DNA of 63,836 nucleotides, counting the filler, from Licmophora abbreviata (Eukaryota): assembly GCA_900291995.1 (NCBI GenBank). It is 8 parts of 8 records of this genome, joined end to end, with 100 filler letters (N's around TTAATTAATTAA, not from the genome) between each part and the next. Parts side by side here need not be neighbours in the genome. Positions count along the whole stretch, not along the records: positions 1 to 24,013 come from OLMU01000932.1; 7 more parts are not named here. The stretch is one strand, 5' to 3'. Both the position numbers and the translations under genes were made by a program. The notes under the pieces were generated by a model. That model did not search any database. It was not told the origin of the DNA and saw nothing but the letters and a program-made list of their open reading frames with translations. Positions 1 to 10,753 of the stretch are shown one piece after another (position 1 is the stretch's first letter; the number at the start of each line of letters is the position of its first letter).

Positions 1-832
1 CGCTGCCGCCGCGTGGGCTGCTGCAGCCTGTGCTGTGAGTGCATTTTTCCCTCCAATGTACGCTTGCTGTGCTTCCATTGCCTGTTGTGAGGGCATGCCT
101 GAATTCGCAAGCGCCGGATCCAGCATCGCTTGTTCAACTGCGGCCGCCTTTGCTGCCGCTTGGAGTTTTGCTTCCGCCTCTAATCGAGCTTTCACCGCTG
201 CCGCAGCCGTCGCAGGAGGAACATTGAGTTGTATGGGAGGGTTCTCATGATTCAGAGCATTCATCGTCTGCGGAGACAGCAAGGTAAACTCAGACATGTC
301 AAGAGTGGTCGCACCGCTGCTATCTTCTATCTCCTTGCTTGCATGCCCAAAATCTCCTTCTTGTCGAAGCGTTTCTTCTATCCCAACATACTGCAGCCCC
401 TTCTGCAAGAACGTTATCAGTGCCCCGGGAGGAATGCTCTTGTCTACGTTCCGCATGTTGCTCCGAACGATGAGACTCTCGTTGGAGAATGTGTAAGCCG
501 AGTGCACGAAACCTGTCCATGGTGGCGACGAAAAAGGCCGGAAAAATGTGTGAGACGCCAGAACTCATAATTCCACAATACAACACGAGCTGCAGCTTCA
601 CAGGTGCTCTCAGTCAATAGAAAACAAGACAGCTTGAAGCCACGTAGAGTGTCGTACCTGCTTCCTGTAGATATCGGTAAACGAGGTAGTTGACCTCATC
701 CGATGTGATGCTCAGCGCCGGAGGTGCTGAAGCCTGTCCCTCGCTGGCTGAATCATTCCCTTCGTCTGAACTACCATTCATTTTGCTGGATCCAGGGCCA
801 GAGGAGGCCTTGGCAGCGCCCTCGGTCCCCGA
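1..832 (-). CDS. TBL1: TBL1/Sif2-like LisH(-WD40) corepressor subunit, 5' part only (runs off the left edge); intron 657-513
   Basis: Spliced translation LSITSDEVNYLVYRYLQEAG|FVHSAYTFSNES...IPPGALITFLQKGLQY is the TBL1 LisH motif. A GT-AG phase-1 intron restores the frame, which stays open to base 1. An upstream ATG at 895 is also possible. The WD40 part is not in the window. Confidence 0.85.
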
Positions 833-1286
833 CATGGTGGATACCTTTCTAGGCCAGCTGCGATTGCATTGAATTTGAGACAGCTTTGGAGCCATTCAAT
901 AGAGTCATTCCATGGTCATCGTAGCTCTGGTACACTTCCTCTGTAGGATCGTGACAGATAACCCAATGCGATTCTTTGCTCGATTGCTTATGGCCATCCA
1001 TGATCACGTTTTCTGTCTTGACCAATGATTTATACTCCACGTGTAACAAAAGGAGGCGTTGCACAATCGTCGTCCGTAGACAATGATAGCCTGCTGCAGT
1101 GGTGTAATGTCTTGATGCCGGTTTTCTGTCGAATTCTTGCAACTTAACACATCTCAGTCCTTCGAGAGAGACTTGTCTCCATTTCCCTAAGCCGGTGTTG
1201 ACTGACTCGTTTGGACTTCAAACAGCTTGTCAATATTGGTTGTTTGAGTACCGTAATTTGACCTCTTCCAAGTACAACACGTGTCC

Positions 1287-1360
1287 GCCTTCGTAGCTCA
1301 GCTGGTTAGAGCGTGGGTCTAATAAACCCAAGGTCGTGAGTTCGATCCTCACCGAGGGTA
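1287..1360 (+). tRNA. tRNA-Ile, anticodon AAT (read as IAU)
   Basis: Cloverleaf: acceptor GCCTTCG/CGAGGGT, A-box TAGCTCAGCTGG, anticodon arm TGGGT-CT AAT AA-ACCCA (anticodon 1321-1323), T-loop GTTCGATCC. A T-run Pol III terminator follows at about 1367-1372. Confidence 0.96.
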
Positions 1361-1653
1361 CACACCTTTTTTGCTCTCGATGGATTGGCCTTTCTAGATA
1401 CGCCGGTAGACCTCCTAGAGGTAGATGATGGCGTCATGAATCGGCTGGTGTGCTATTGTATACGCTAACCCGTACTCAAAGACAACCGATGCGACGCTTG
1501 TCTCTTCGCTGTGCGTTGTGCAAGTCGCGACGACGGGCCCGTGTAACGTTGGATACGCTCGACTACTTCGCACCGTCATTTCGATTGAAATACAGGTAGG
1601 ATGCTCATCGCTTCTATTTTTAATCCTGCACAGACGGGCGTTCTGTAGAGAGC

Positions 1654-2516
1654 TCAATTCAGCACTTCAAACTCAGCATCGCTCTTGGACCAACGACATA
1701 CGAGTTCCACGCGAAACTCGGAGAGACGGATTCCGAAATGAACCAGCGCCTTGCAGACCTCGGCGGACAGAACTTCTCCTCCCTTACAAAGTACGTGCTC
1801 CTTCTTTTCTCCAATGAAGACGACTCGTCCATTCTTCACTTCTACAGGCAATCCCAGCTTGCGAAACTGTTCCACCATGGAAACGGGGTGGGTCTCCACC
1901 ATGTCCTTCGTCAACACAACTCGTCTCGGGGAAGCGGCTCCAGCTCTCGCAAAGTCTTCTTCCGAAAGGTTCGTAAAATACTCTTGGACTTGCTCGCGTG
2001 GCCGCGACGTACAGAGCAAGCCGACACTGCCATTGGTCAACTTGGCAACATGCCGCAAGTTATCTTCATACTCTTCTTCCGGCGTTCGTCCCAGCGCAAT
2101 CTGCATCAATTTGTTTTTTCCCAAGAATATACGGGAGGCGTTGCCTTCCATATCGGGTTCCCGAAAGTGCATGCGGATATTCTTGAACTTGTTGCTGCGC
2201 ATGTTTTCATACGAAAAAAGGTAAAGCGAGTCATGCGAGTCAATTGCCTCTCGGACTTCCTGGACGACGGCGGACTTGTGATCGCGGGTCTTTTTTGCAG
2301 TCTGTGTCAATGCGACTGCTCAACGTGATGAAGAAAGGACGAGAGAGTAGATATAGCAAGGAAGAGAGGTGAGATTTGATTGCGGGAAAAAGGAAACTCG
2401 AAAGGAGATGCCGTCAAGATTCTTCTCGCGAGACAAACAACATCGACTACAACGACTAGTTTGCGTTTGATCGATCGACAATACTCACCGACACGCTGTC
2501 GTTTGGACTTGGGCAT
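1654..2516 (-). CDS. MRT4: Mrt4 ribosome assembly factor (uL10/P0 paralogue); intron 2488-2316
   Basis: Spliced N-terminus [18 protein letters not shown], then [39 protein letters not shown] and LCKGGEVLS motifs. Confidence 0.93.
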
Positions 2517-3227
2517 TGTTAGCAGAACTGAGCTTGAGGGAGATGCAAGAAGTGAGAGGATATGGATAGCAAGAACCAACAACGCTCGACAGCGTTGCGG
2601 TTTTGTTTTGTGGCGAGAAAAGTTCGCGTTTCGAAGGTCGAGCGACATTCGAGAGATTTGGATGGACGTGAAGCAAGAGATGCCAAGCGCGTTTCTATTA
2701 CTATCGAAACGTATGTATGAATGTACATGATTTTAAGTACTGATTGACATACTCGGCAGAATTTGTCCTATTTATTTAAATAAATAAATTCATCTTTATT
2801 CATTCTGGAGTAAGCTAGTAATGATACATATTTGAATATATGCAACATACGTGCAGGAGGTGTCCAAATGAAGTTTCGCGCCACTTTTTGAGGCGACCGA
2901 CCACATCTCGTTACCAACGACTTCTGTGGTCAAGCAAGGCATCCCACGAAATCCAATCACCTCCTTGCTTTGCGTGTCTTGTTCGCAAAAAGACACAAGA
3001 TTACCTTTTTCCATTGCATGACTGGATGAACTTGTTGCCTCGGCAGCGTTCAGGAATTCACCATTCGCTGTAGTAGAACCGCTGTAGAAGATCCAGACTA
3101 TCTTGTCTCGACTAAATTCGTGCAGAACTCGGGATTACTCGGCATATTTCCAGTGAAAACAGGGACTATCTGCGATCACGACCATCTCGGCACTCGAGAC
3201 AGACGAAATTGACTCATAAAATATCGT

Positions 3228-5530
3228 ATGACTCCTCTCAGACAGGCCGCTTCGGGCTTCGGATTCCCAGACGACGAAAAGGTGCAAGGTATGCGTCTCT
3301 TTGGCGTGAAACAAGACAACTACGACGACGATGCGGCCGTCATGTCTCTGACCTCTCCTCCCCGGCACAAACGACAAGATTGCTCGGATCTCCCAGCGGC
3401 GCAACTCTTTGGCAATGACGTCGGTACAAGGAAGCCTGCAGCTGCAGCAAGGACTACGATAAGGACACGTGTGACTACACGCTCCAGGACAAGGACTGGA
3501 GGTCTTGCATCTCACTCATCGTCGGCCGATGAAAGGAGTGTCATGAGCGATCTTTCCTTGGAGGCTGCTGAAGATGACACATCGACGACCATCCTGCGAC
3601 AACTGGATTTGAATACTACTTCGCCTACTGGTCGTGTTCACAGGCGTAAGCGTCCTTTCGGAGATCAGTATCCCGCAGGACGAGAAGATATCATGGAAGA
3701 GTCCGACAACGAAGACGACATGTTTCAGTCACCTCGTCCGTCGCCTACCTACCGCACTCTCGATGGTCGTACCGTCACTTCCAAGAATCCATTTTCTCCC
3801 TACACGCCCAACAATAACACATCCATGGACGACGCTTCGTCGATTGCAGCTGCTGCTGCTCCCGTACAACCGGCTCCCGCCTTTCCCGTCATGCTAGACA
3901 CGCGCGGATCTTTTGATTCCATTGGATCTAACCAGAGCAATACCAGCATGCTGTCTCCCCATGTAGCACCTCGCCGACACCCCAAGGTGCATTTGACACA
4001 GCGAGAAGCGACCTTTGGTCGTGGGCGTTTCGCCTTGGCGGGATCCCCAGTGGATGAGATTGAGTTTCCCCAACACTTCCCAACCGACAGTGCTGAGTCT
4101 GGCATGGGCAGCAAGGCGCGTCGTGTGCGCTTGAACGATGCGGCCAGTACCACGGTCATCGACAAGGAGGCACTCTACGTCGACACCAAGCTACCTGCCG
4201 TCAAGGACGTACGACACGATGATGATATTAGTCCCACTGACATTATGAGCTTTCCGGCACCCCCTACTCCAATGAAGGCAGCCCGTCCGCCTCGTTCTCA
4301 TGCGTATACACCGGTCAAGAAAGGTGTCATCCCTCCGACTCCCGCTGTGGATCGACGTGCGATCGCACGTCGTCCCCACGACGGCAACAGCGACGATTGC
4401 ATGGACACTTCATCGGCTCCGAAGAGTCGTTTCAGTTCAGACTTTGATATTATCGGTGAGTTGGGACAAGGATCGTTCGGTTCCGTGTACAAGTGCTTGT
4501 CGCGATTGGATGGATGTTGCTACGCAATCAAGGTGGCCAAGCGCAAGGTGAAGGGACACGCGGACAAGGACCGAATGCTCAAAGAGGTATGTTTAGTGTG
4601 CTGCACACGCGTATACTATCGTCACTTCAGCATGTGAAATCGGACCTCACCTGTTTTTGCATTATCGTTCGTACGCAACAGGTCTACGCGTTGGCGGCAC
4701 TGTCGGATCAGTCCGAAACAGCTGCGTTTCACATTGTACGCTATCATCAAGCTTGGATGGAAGAGAACCGGCTCTACATTCAGACGGAGCTGTGCGCGTC
4801 AACATTGCAAGACGAATTGAGTTTGCACGAACAGCTCGACGAAAGGCGTCGGTACAAGCTTTTACGGGAGATTCTGTTGGCGCTCGACTTTCTTCATCGA
4901 AATGGAATGGTGCATTTGGACATCAAGCCGGAGAATATTTTTGTCAAGAACGATCAATTCAAGTTGGGTGACTTTGGACTTGTCGCCAAGACAACAAACG
5001 GAACTGATGTGGAAGAGGGAGATTCCCGGTACATGTCCATGGAACTGTTGTCTGGTGATCACAAGGATTTGACAAAGGTAAGCGCACAAAGTATGGTGAT
5101 GAGCAAAGTATCCTTGTGAATGCATGTTTGTCTGACTCGTCTGCCCGTGGCGTCCCATGTACAGAGCGACATCTTCTCCTTGGGAGCTTCAATGTACGAA
5201 ATCTGTCTCGGGCGCCATCTCCCTTCGGACGGACAAGAATGGCAAGACATTCGTGCAGGAGCGTTGCTACCTCTGCACGGTACGCCGTATGAAATGGAAC
5301 TCATCATCAAGCAAATGATGCACCCCGACGCTAACAAGCGCCCTACAGCTGCTGAACTACTCAAGAAAAGGCCTCTACTTAGCGAGGAGCAGAAGCAGCT
5401 CATGGATGAGAAGAACAAGGTATTACAAGCGAAAATGACACTTGCATGGCAAACACAACAGATGAAAAAGTTGACGCCGCCACCTCGCGGTGCCCTTACA
5501 CGGGCTAGCACTTGGAACGGAGGCTTCTAA
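3228..5530 (+). CDS. WEE1: Wee1/Myt1-family CDK-inhibitory kinase; introns 4587-4681 and 5078-5164
   Basis: SRFSSDF..IGELGQGSFGSVYKC..RLDGCCYAIK, HLDIKPENIF, DFG and the Wee1 signature EEGDSRYM. Long SP/TP-rich N-terminal regulatory region. Two GT-AG introns join three ORFs in frame. Confidence 0.93.
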
Positions 5531-5822
5531 CCGGCGTAGCAGAAAAGATTGGTCTCTGACTCCAGCTTGAAACGCACTCGACGCACTATATCTACCTTCT
5601 AATCAATTCACTACATAATCCACATTTGCATATCGAAAAGGGTGATTAACGCATGCGATGTTTATTGATTGATAGCTAGCGCGTTGCCGGTACGTTCACC
5701 ATACCGGCTTGCGCGTCTTGCCTGCTGAGTATAATATGCGCCACAGTCGCACTCCAAGATCGAAAGATTGACCATCACCGCAAGTGCTTCGAGTTGCGGA
5801 GGCAACGGACATAGCCGATACG

Positions 5823-8800
5823 CTATATGCTACCATGTGCATTCGCTTTCGGGCTCAAGAATCCTTTGCATTTCTTTCGTTCCGTCAAGTCGATTATCTC
5901 GAAGGCACCATCACTTCCTCCTACCGCGAGAAGACTGTAGTCTAGTCCAGTGAATGGCATCCAACGCGCGATACGCATCGAGTTATGGCTCTTATTTCGT
6001 CGGATTTCGGTAAAGCATGTGATTCCCTGGCGCTGCCAGTTATAATCCATCTCGTTGACGGCCCTCCCAGATTGGAGGTATGCCAAGTCAACGAGAGAGA
6101 CGGTGCCGTTCCCGAGGGCTATGGCCAATAGTCCGTTCGGGTTCCAGTCGAGGTCGTTGATGACTTCGTCTCTTGGGATTTCAATCACTTTCTCCCAACT
6201 TTCTTCTTGCGTTCGAATCTCAATGACAGTCACTTTTCTGTCCATGCCGCCGTATGCCAGATACTGGGGCCCATCTTTCTGCGAAGGCGCCCAAGCAAGG
6301 GCGTGTCCTTCCTTTGCCGCTTGAATGGAGAAGACCAAGCGCCATTCGCCCAGGCGCTCACTTCTCGTGTCGTAAATGGTTAGGAGGTCTGTTTTGCCGA
6401 TGCTAGCTAGCCAGGTTCCGTCCGGAGACCACGAGTTTGCAAGGATAAACCCTTTCTTCCATTCCCGAATACAGGTGAAGTTATCAGCAGCGTCCAATAT
6501 TCGTGTAGTGTCTCCGCTTACAGCGACGAAGCGGCTCTGATCATCAATCGAGACGGTGTGGACGCTCTCCAGCCCGCGGATGACTTTCTTAACAAAGAAA
6601 CCCGAAGTGTTGGGAGGTGCGGACGACGCCACTTCGTCCATGACTGCTTTTTCGATAATCACAATCGAGTCGCCGCTACCGACTACAACAAACTTTCCAT
6701 TCGGACTCCATTCGATCGACAGCGTCTCACTGATCAAGATGACGAGCTCGTACACCATCACGAATGCACTACCCGTCAACCTAAAAACAGAAATGACACC
6801 ACTCTCATTGCCAATAGCAACCATTTGTCCGTCCGGCGAGAATTCAATGCCAAGTATCGGTGATACGGAACGGATGCAGTGACCCCCGATGTGCCGAGCG
6901 TCCGTCGTCTCAATAGCAACGACATTGTTGGTCTGTCCTGTTAGGACTAGATATCGGTCTTGCGGATGCCACGTGGCGGACAGTGGCACAAGGCCCTTAA
7001 GCTCAATGCTCATGGCGGGCGTCCACTTGTTCTTAACATCCAATACTGTCACTTCGGAAGCAACTCCACCAACTGCCACATGAGTACCTCTATTGGACGA
7101 CGAGATGAATTGAACCCATTTGTCTCGGGATATCTTGTTGACTTTCTTCCATGACTTGGTATTGATGATAGTAATCGCAAAGTCCTCGCCACCGGCATAC
7201 AACCATTTTCCGTCGGAAGACCACTCTACTGATAGTATGGAGTCATGCATCATAACCTCGGCCAGGTAAGATATCTCCCCGTCTGTTGTCGGCGTCTTTT
7301 CGACTCCATACAAAGAAAGCTTTCCAGTTCGATCACCTACGGCGAGCACGGTTCCACCGGGACTAAAGGCAACTGCATTTACCCAATCGTCTTGTGTCAG
7401 TGTGCCGATAACGGTGCTCTGAACATGTCGACCTGTTCCAGGGGGGCGGCCTGCGGCACCATCCGTCGTGCTGACATTTACAACAATACATCGATCATCC
7501 CGACTCGCAATTGCTAGTATTGAAGAGTCACCGCGCCAGGCAAGGGCATTCACAAATTCGGTCCCTACAATGCTGTGAAGAATAGGATATGGTTCAATCG
7601 GAGCAAGAATCGACACGGCATTTCCAGTGCCTCCGATGGCAATGAACTGCTTCCCCCACACAATGGACCTGATCGATTGTGTCGTGTTTGACTTAAGAGG
7701 CTTCGATATCCGCCGGTCATGTTGTACACGCCATATGGTAGATGACAAAGTCTCTACAACCGCGAGATGATGATTTTCAGTCGCTATGGCCAGACGATTG
7801 CCATCAGGCGCCCACGCTGTGCACCAAGTCCAGTCCCCCCTGGCAATCTCGTGGACAATGACCGTCCGTGAGTCCTCAAAAGAATAAAACCTGTCGTCTG
7901 CCAGCGGCCTCCGAAGCCCTTCTTTTTTTGCTTTCCGCTGCGATGATACCCACTCTGGCATCCGGTCGTCCGCCTCACTCGGTCCAATGGAATCGACGAA
8001 GCGGTCGTGCGCTTCGGCCCTGATAGCGTTGCGGTCTGCTGGTGAACCTCTGCGAGGCAATAGAGTGAGATTATCGTCAACGATGCTCCCATCACTCAGA
8101 ATATCAGAAGGAGCTCCTGAAGTGCCGCATGCCCATGGCGCGAAGTTCATCCCGGACCTACCGGTACGGCGAGACATCGGCCCGCATGTTTGCGGGCCTA
8201 ACACGTCCGTCCGCAGAAAGTCCATCAGCGAGAATCTCTTATCTGTCTCTTCTTCATCGTGCGAATTTAGGCTGGATGTTTCGCCAATATTGGCGTGCCT
8301 TTCTCCTTCTTTGTCCAAAGCTGAGTCCACGCTCGTCTCGAGCGTACTCTGGGAAAATAGTGCCTTCTTGCGCAACCCCTTAAATCTTCCCATGGTGGCC
8401 GAGTCGGGCGTACTGACCACTGACATCTCATTCATTTCGTGCGAAGTAGGGGACATACTTCGATGGGACTGTAGTACTTGTCCTGCTAGCTGCAGTACCT
8501 CCCGAGTAGATCTCAACTTGAGCGGTCGTTCCTTGGCATGCATGGCAGTTTCGATGACTCGTCGCGTCCGCTCATCGGGCTCACCCCGCGGAGCCTTTAT
8601 ACTGAAACCAGACAGCGCGGACCGTGCTTCGGATAATATGCTTGCTGCGCGTGCATCAATAGTTTCAGATGAAGTGTCGTCTCGTCGATTGGTATTTTGG
8701 AAACTGGAAAACTTCGGCGATGAGACGGAGCCGGGAGAGAAGTTCGTCATCTGTTTTCGAGAGGAAGCGCGTGGAGGAGTAAGTGCATAACTTTCTCCCA

Positions 8801-8972
8801 CTTCTTCCGTCGAGTCGGAGGTATCTAGGATGGATACTTCGACAGCGATATCTTGTCCGTCATCTGCATCATCGGCCGACATTGTGATATCCCGCTGCAT
8901 TCCGTCAGACTTAAATTGCTTCTCGATAGGAGACAGTGCGTGAACCTGGTTTCTGTCTACCAAGGGCGTCAT
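5823..8972 (-). CDS. Large WD40-repeat protein (low-complexity N-terminus followed by roughly two beta-propellers)
   Basis: 1049-aa ORF with repeated blades such as AWAPDGNRLAIA, AFSPGGTVLAVG, EWSSDGKWLYAG, EFSPDGQMVAIG and SWSPDGTWLAS. Confidence 0.85.
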   Translation of the reverse strand: MTPLVDRNQVHALSPIEKQFKSDGMQRDITMSADDADDGQDIAVEVSILDTSDSTEEVGESYALTPPRASSRKQMTNFSPGSVSSPKFSSFQNTNRRDDTSSETIDARAASILSEARSALSGFSIKAPRGEPDERTRRVIETAMHAKERPLKLRSTREVLQLAGQVLQSHRSMSPTSHEMNEMSVVSTPDSATMGRFKGLRKKALFSQSTLETSVDSALDKEGERHANIGETSSLNSHDEEETDKRFSLMDFLRTDVLGPQTCGPMSRRTGRSGMNFAPWACGTSGAPSDILSDGSIVDDNLTLLPRRGSPADRNAIRAEAHDRFVDSIGPSEADDRMPEWVSSQRKAKKEGLRRPLADDRFYSFEDSRTVIVHEIARGDWTWCTAWAPDGNRLAIATENHHLAVVETLSSTIWRVQHDRRISKPLKSNTTQSIRSIVWGKQFIAIGGTGNAVSILAPIEPYPILHSIVGTEFVNALAWRGDSSILAIASRDDRCIVVNVSTTDGAAGRPPGTGRHVQSTVIGTLTQDDWVNAVAFSPGGTVLAVGDRTGKLSLYGVEKTPTTDGEISYLAEVMMHDSILSVEWSSDGKWLYAGGEDFAITIINTKSWKKVNKISRDKWVQFISSSNRGTHVAVGGVASEVTVLDVKNKWTPAMSIELKGLVPLSATWHPQDRYLVLTGQTNNVVAIETTDARHIGGHCIRSVSPILGIEFSPDGQMVAIGNESGVISVFRLTGSAFVMVYELVILISETLSIEWSPNGKFVVVGSGDSIVIIEKAVMDEVASSAPPNTSGFFVKKVIRGLESVHTVSIDDQSRFVAVSGDTTRILDAADNFTCIREWKKGFILANSWSPDGTWLASIGKTDLLTIYDTRSERLGEWRLVFSIQAAKEGHALAWAPSQKDGPQYLAYGGMDRKVTVIEIRTQEESWEKVIEIPRDEVINDLDWNPNGLLAIALGNGTVSLVDLAYLQSGRAVNEMDYNWQRQGITCFTEIRRNKSHNSMRIARWMPFTGLDYSLLAVGGSDGAFEIIDLTERKKCKGFLSPKANAHGSI

Positions 8973-9572
8973 TCCAAGGTTATCTCAACTAGGGGTGTAT
9001 TCTACTCTAGAAGATTCTATCATGTCACGGACCGTATTGAGTTTGCTCTCATCGTCCACACAAACTCTTGTTGTGTCTCTTGCGGTGGGAGTCTCGCGTA
9101 TTTTTCTTTGGCGACGCATCACGGTTGCAAAACGAAAACTCAAGATCGCTTTTGGCGGGAAGATTTGTGAATATTGACACTCTCCTCAACACTGTATACC
9201 AGTCATGCTCAATATTTGGAGGGACTGTTGCTTATGTGAGAGCATGCTTTGCGACATCAATGTTGTTATGGATTATTTCCAGAGAACAGTAACGTATACA
9301 GTGTATAAAAGAGTGGCGCGCGCTATTTTGTGGTCGACCATAACGAGGTCGCGCCTACTTTTTCCTCCTCTTGAGATCGCTCGTAGAACTTGTACTGTTA
9401 CTGCGTAGGACACGAGGAAGAGTTCGTCATTGGCTTCTTGTTGCAGTCGTTGCTGTCTCATTCATTTCGGGTGAAATTCAAAATGTTCGTTGCCCCATCC
9501 TTGCCGTCGACTGCCTTGATTCTGTTGTTGCTGTCTAGCCTGCCTTGAAGGACCTCGCTTGCTTGTACCACG

Positions 9573-10295
9573 ATGGAACTGTCCGATTCTACCGTGAGAG
9601 TCGTTGCTCCTGCGACGCTAGCGGAAGGATATTCGTTTGAAGCCCAAGTCGAGGGGAAATCCTTCGTCGTGCACGTGCCCAAGGGCGGCGTCAAGGACGG
9701 ACAAGAATTCGAGGTTCCCTATCCCACGTTCGACAGCGAAGATACTGATGAATACGACGATCACACTGGCGAGGAGGAACACGAACGAAAAGACGATCCT
9801 CTTGGAGCTCCGCGCGGACAGTGGAGGACCAGTCTTTGCTCGTGCTGTGATGTCGTCACACAAGCCACATTCTGGATGTCGTGTCTCTGCATGCCGGTAT
9901 TCGTTGCCCAGATTCTCACGAGACTGAACTTGAGCTGGAGGGGAGTGGCTTCCTCTCCTGATGAAGTGTCCATGACGTTCAATCGAGTCACCATGTCGTA
10001 CATTGCCGTCTTATTCTTTGCGGCATGGGTAGTGCCGCTCGTTGGAGTCCTGGCCATTCTTCTCTTCACATTGTACATGCTCTACATTGCGCTCTTTGCA
10101 AGGAATACCATGAGGAAAAAGTATGACATTCAAGCTGGACCTTTGGGGGAAAACATCGAGGATTGCGCTTGCGTCTTTTTCTGTCCATGTTGTACGACGG
10201 TCCAGATGGCGCGGCACACGCACGACGACAAGGAATGGCCAGGTGTCTGCTGTACGACGGATGGACTGGAGCTTGGAGCGCCAGGAATAGTGTAA
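9573..10295 (+). CDS. PLAC8/cornifelin-like Cys-rich membrane protein
   Basis: QWRTSLCSCC...CLCMP, then hydrophobic helices and R..MRKKYDI...EDCACVFFCPCCTTVQMARH, which is the PLAC8 signature. Confidence 0.85.
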   Translation: MELSDSTVRVVAPATLAEGYSFEAQVEGKSFVVHVPKGGVKDGQEFEVPYPTFDSEDTDEYDDHTGEEEHERKDDPLGAPRGQWRTSLCSCCDVVTQATFWMSCLCMPVFVAQILTRLNLSWRGVASSPDEVSMTFNRVTMSYIAVLFFAAWVVPLVGVLAILLFTLYMLYIALFARNTMRKKYDIQAGPLGENIEDCACVFFCPCCTTVQMARHTHDDKEWPGVCCTTDGLELGAPGIV

Positions 10296-10753
10296 CAGGA
10301 CAAGAAACGGTGGAGAAGATCGGGTCTTTCATGTACGAAATACTTTGTTGTCAACAGTGGGTCTTGAGATTTGCATCCGTGTTTCGATTCGTATGGTACG
10401 ACGTCCTGGCTCTAAAAAATGGTATTCGCAGCTGAGTTCTGCGTACCGATCGAGCTAATCTCGATTTCTAATGAGTTGCATCCTTGATCAGATCGTAAAC
10501 GTATGATAGCCTACTCGTACTCGTTGACTAGAAACATTTTACCTCGTCTCTGGCGCATTCGATCTTGCGACAGATGTTTAGGTCGAAGAAGTCGACATCA
10601 GAAAGCGCACGAAATCTGACACTGCCGCTGTGCCTTTTTCTGATGTGATGGGTGATGACGGTGGGGAGACTTCCGCACCATCATGTCACAGAGAAGCACA
10701 ATCGGCATCGGCCGCACCCTCTAGACAGCTCGACATGTCCTGGGCGATACACA

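Noticed and set aside
7987..8790. Long antisense or overlapping ORFs (also 1738-2328, 13526-14287, 15104-15856, 48210-48728)
   Set aside because: They are shadows of well-supported genes on the other strand and carry no motifs.
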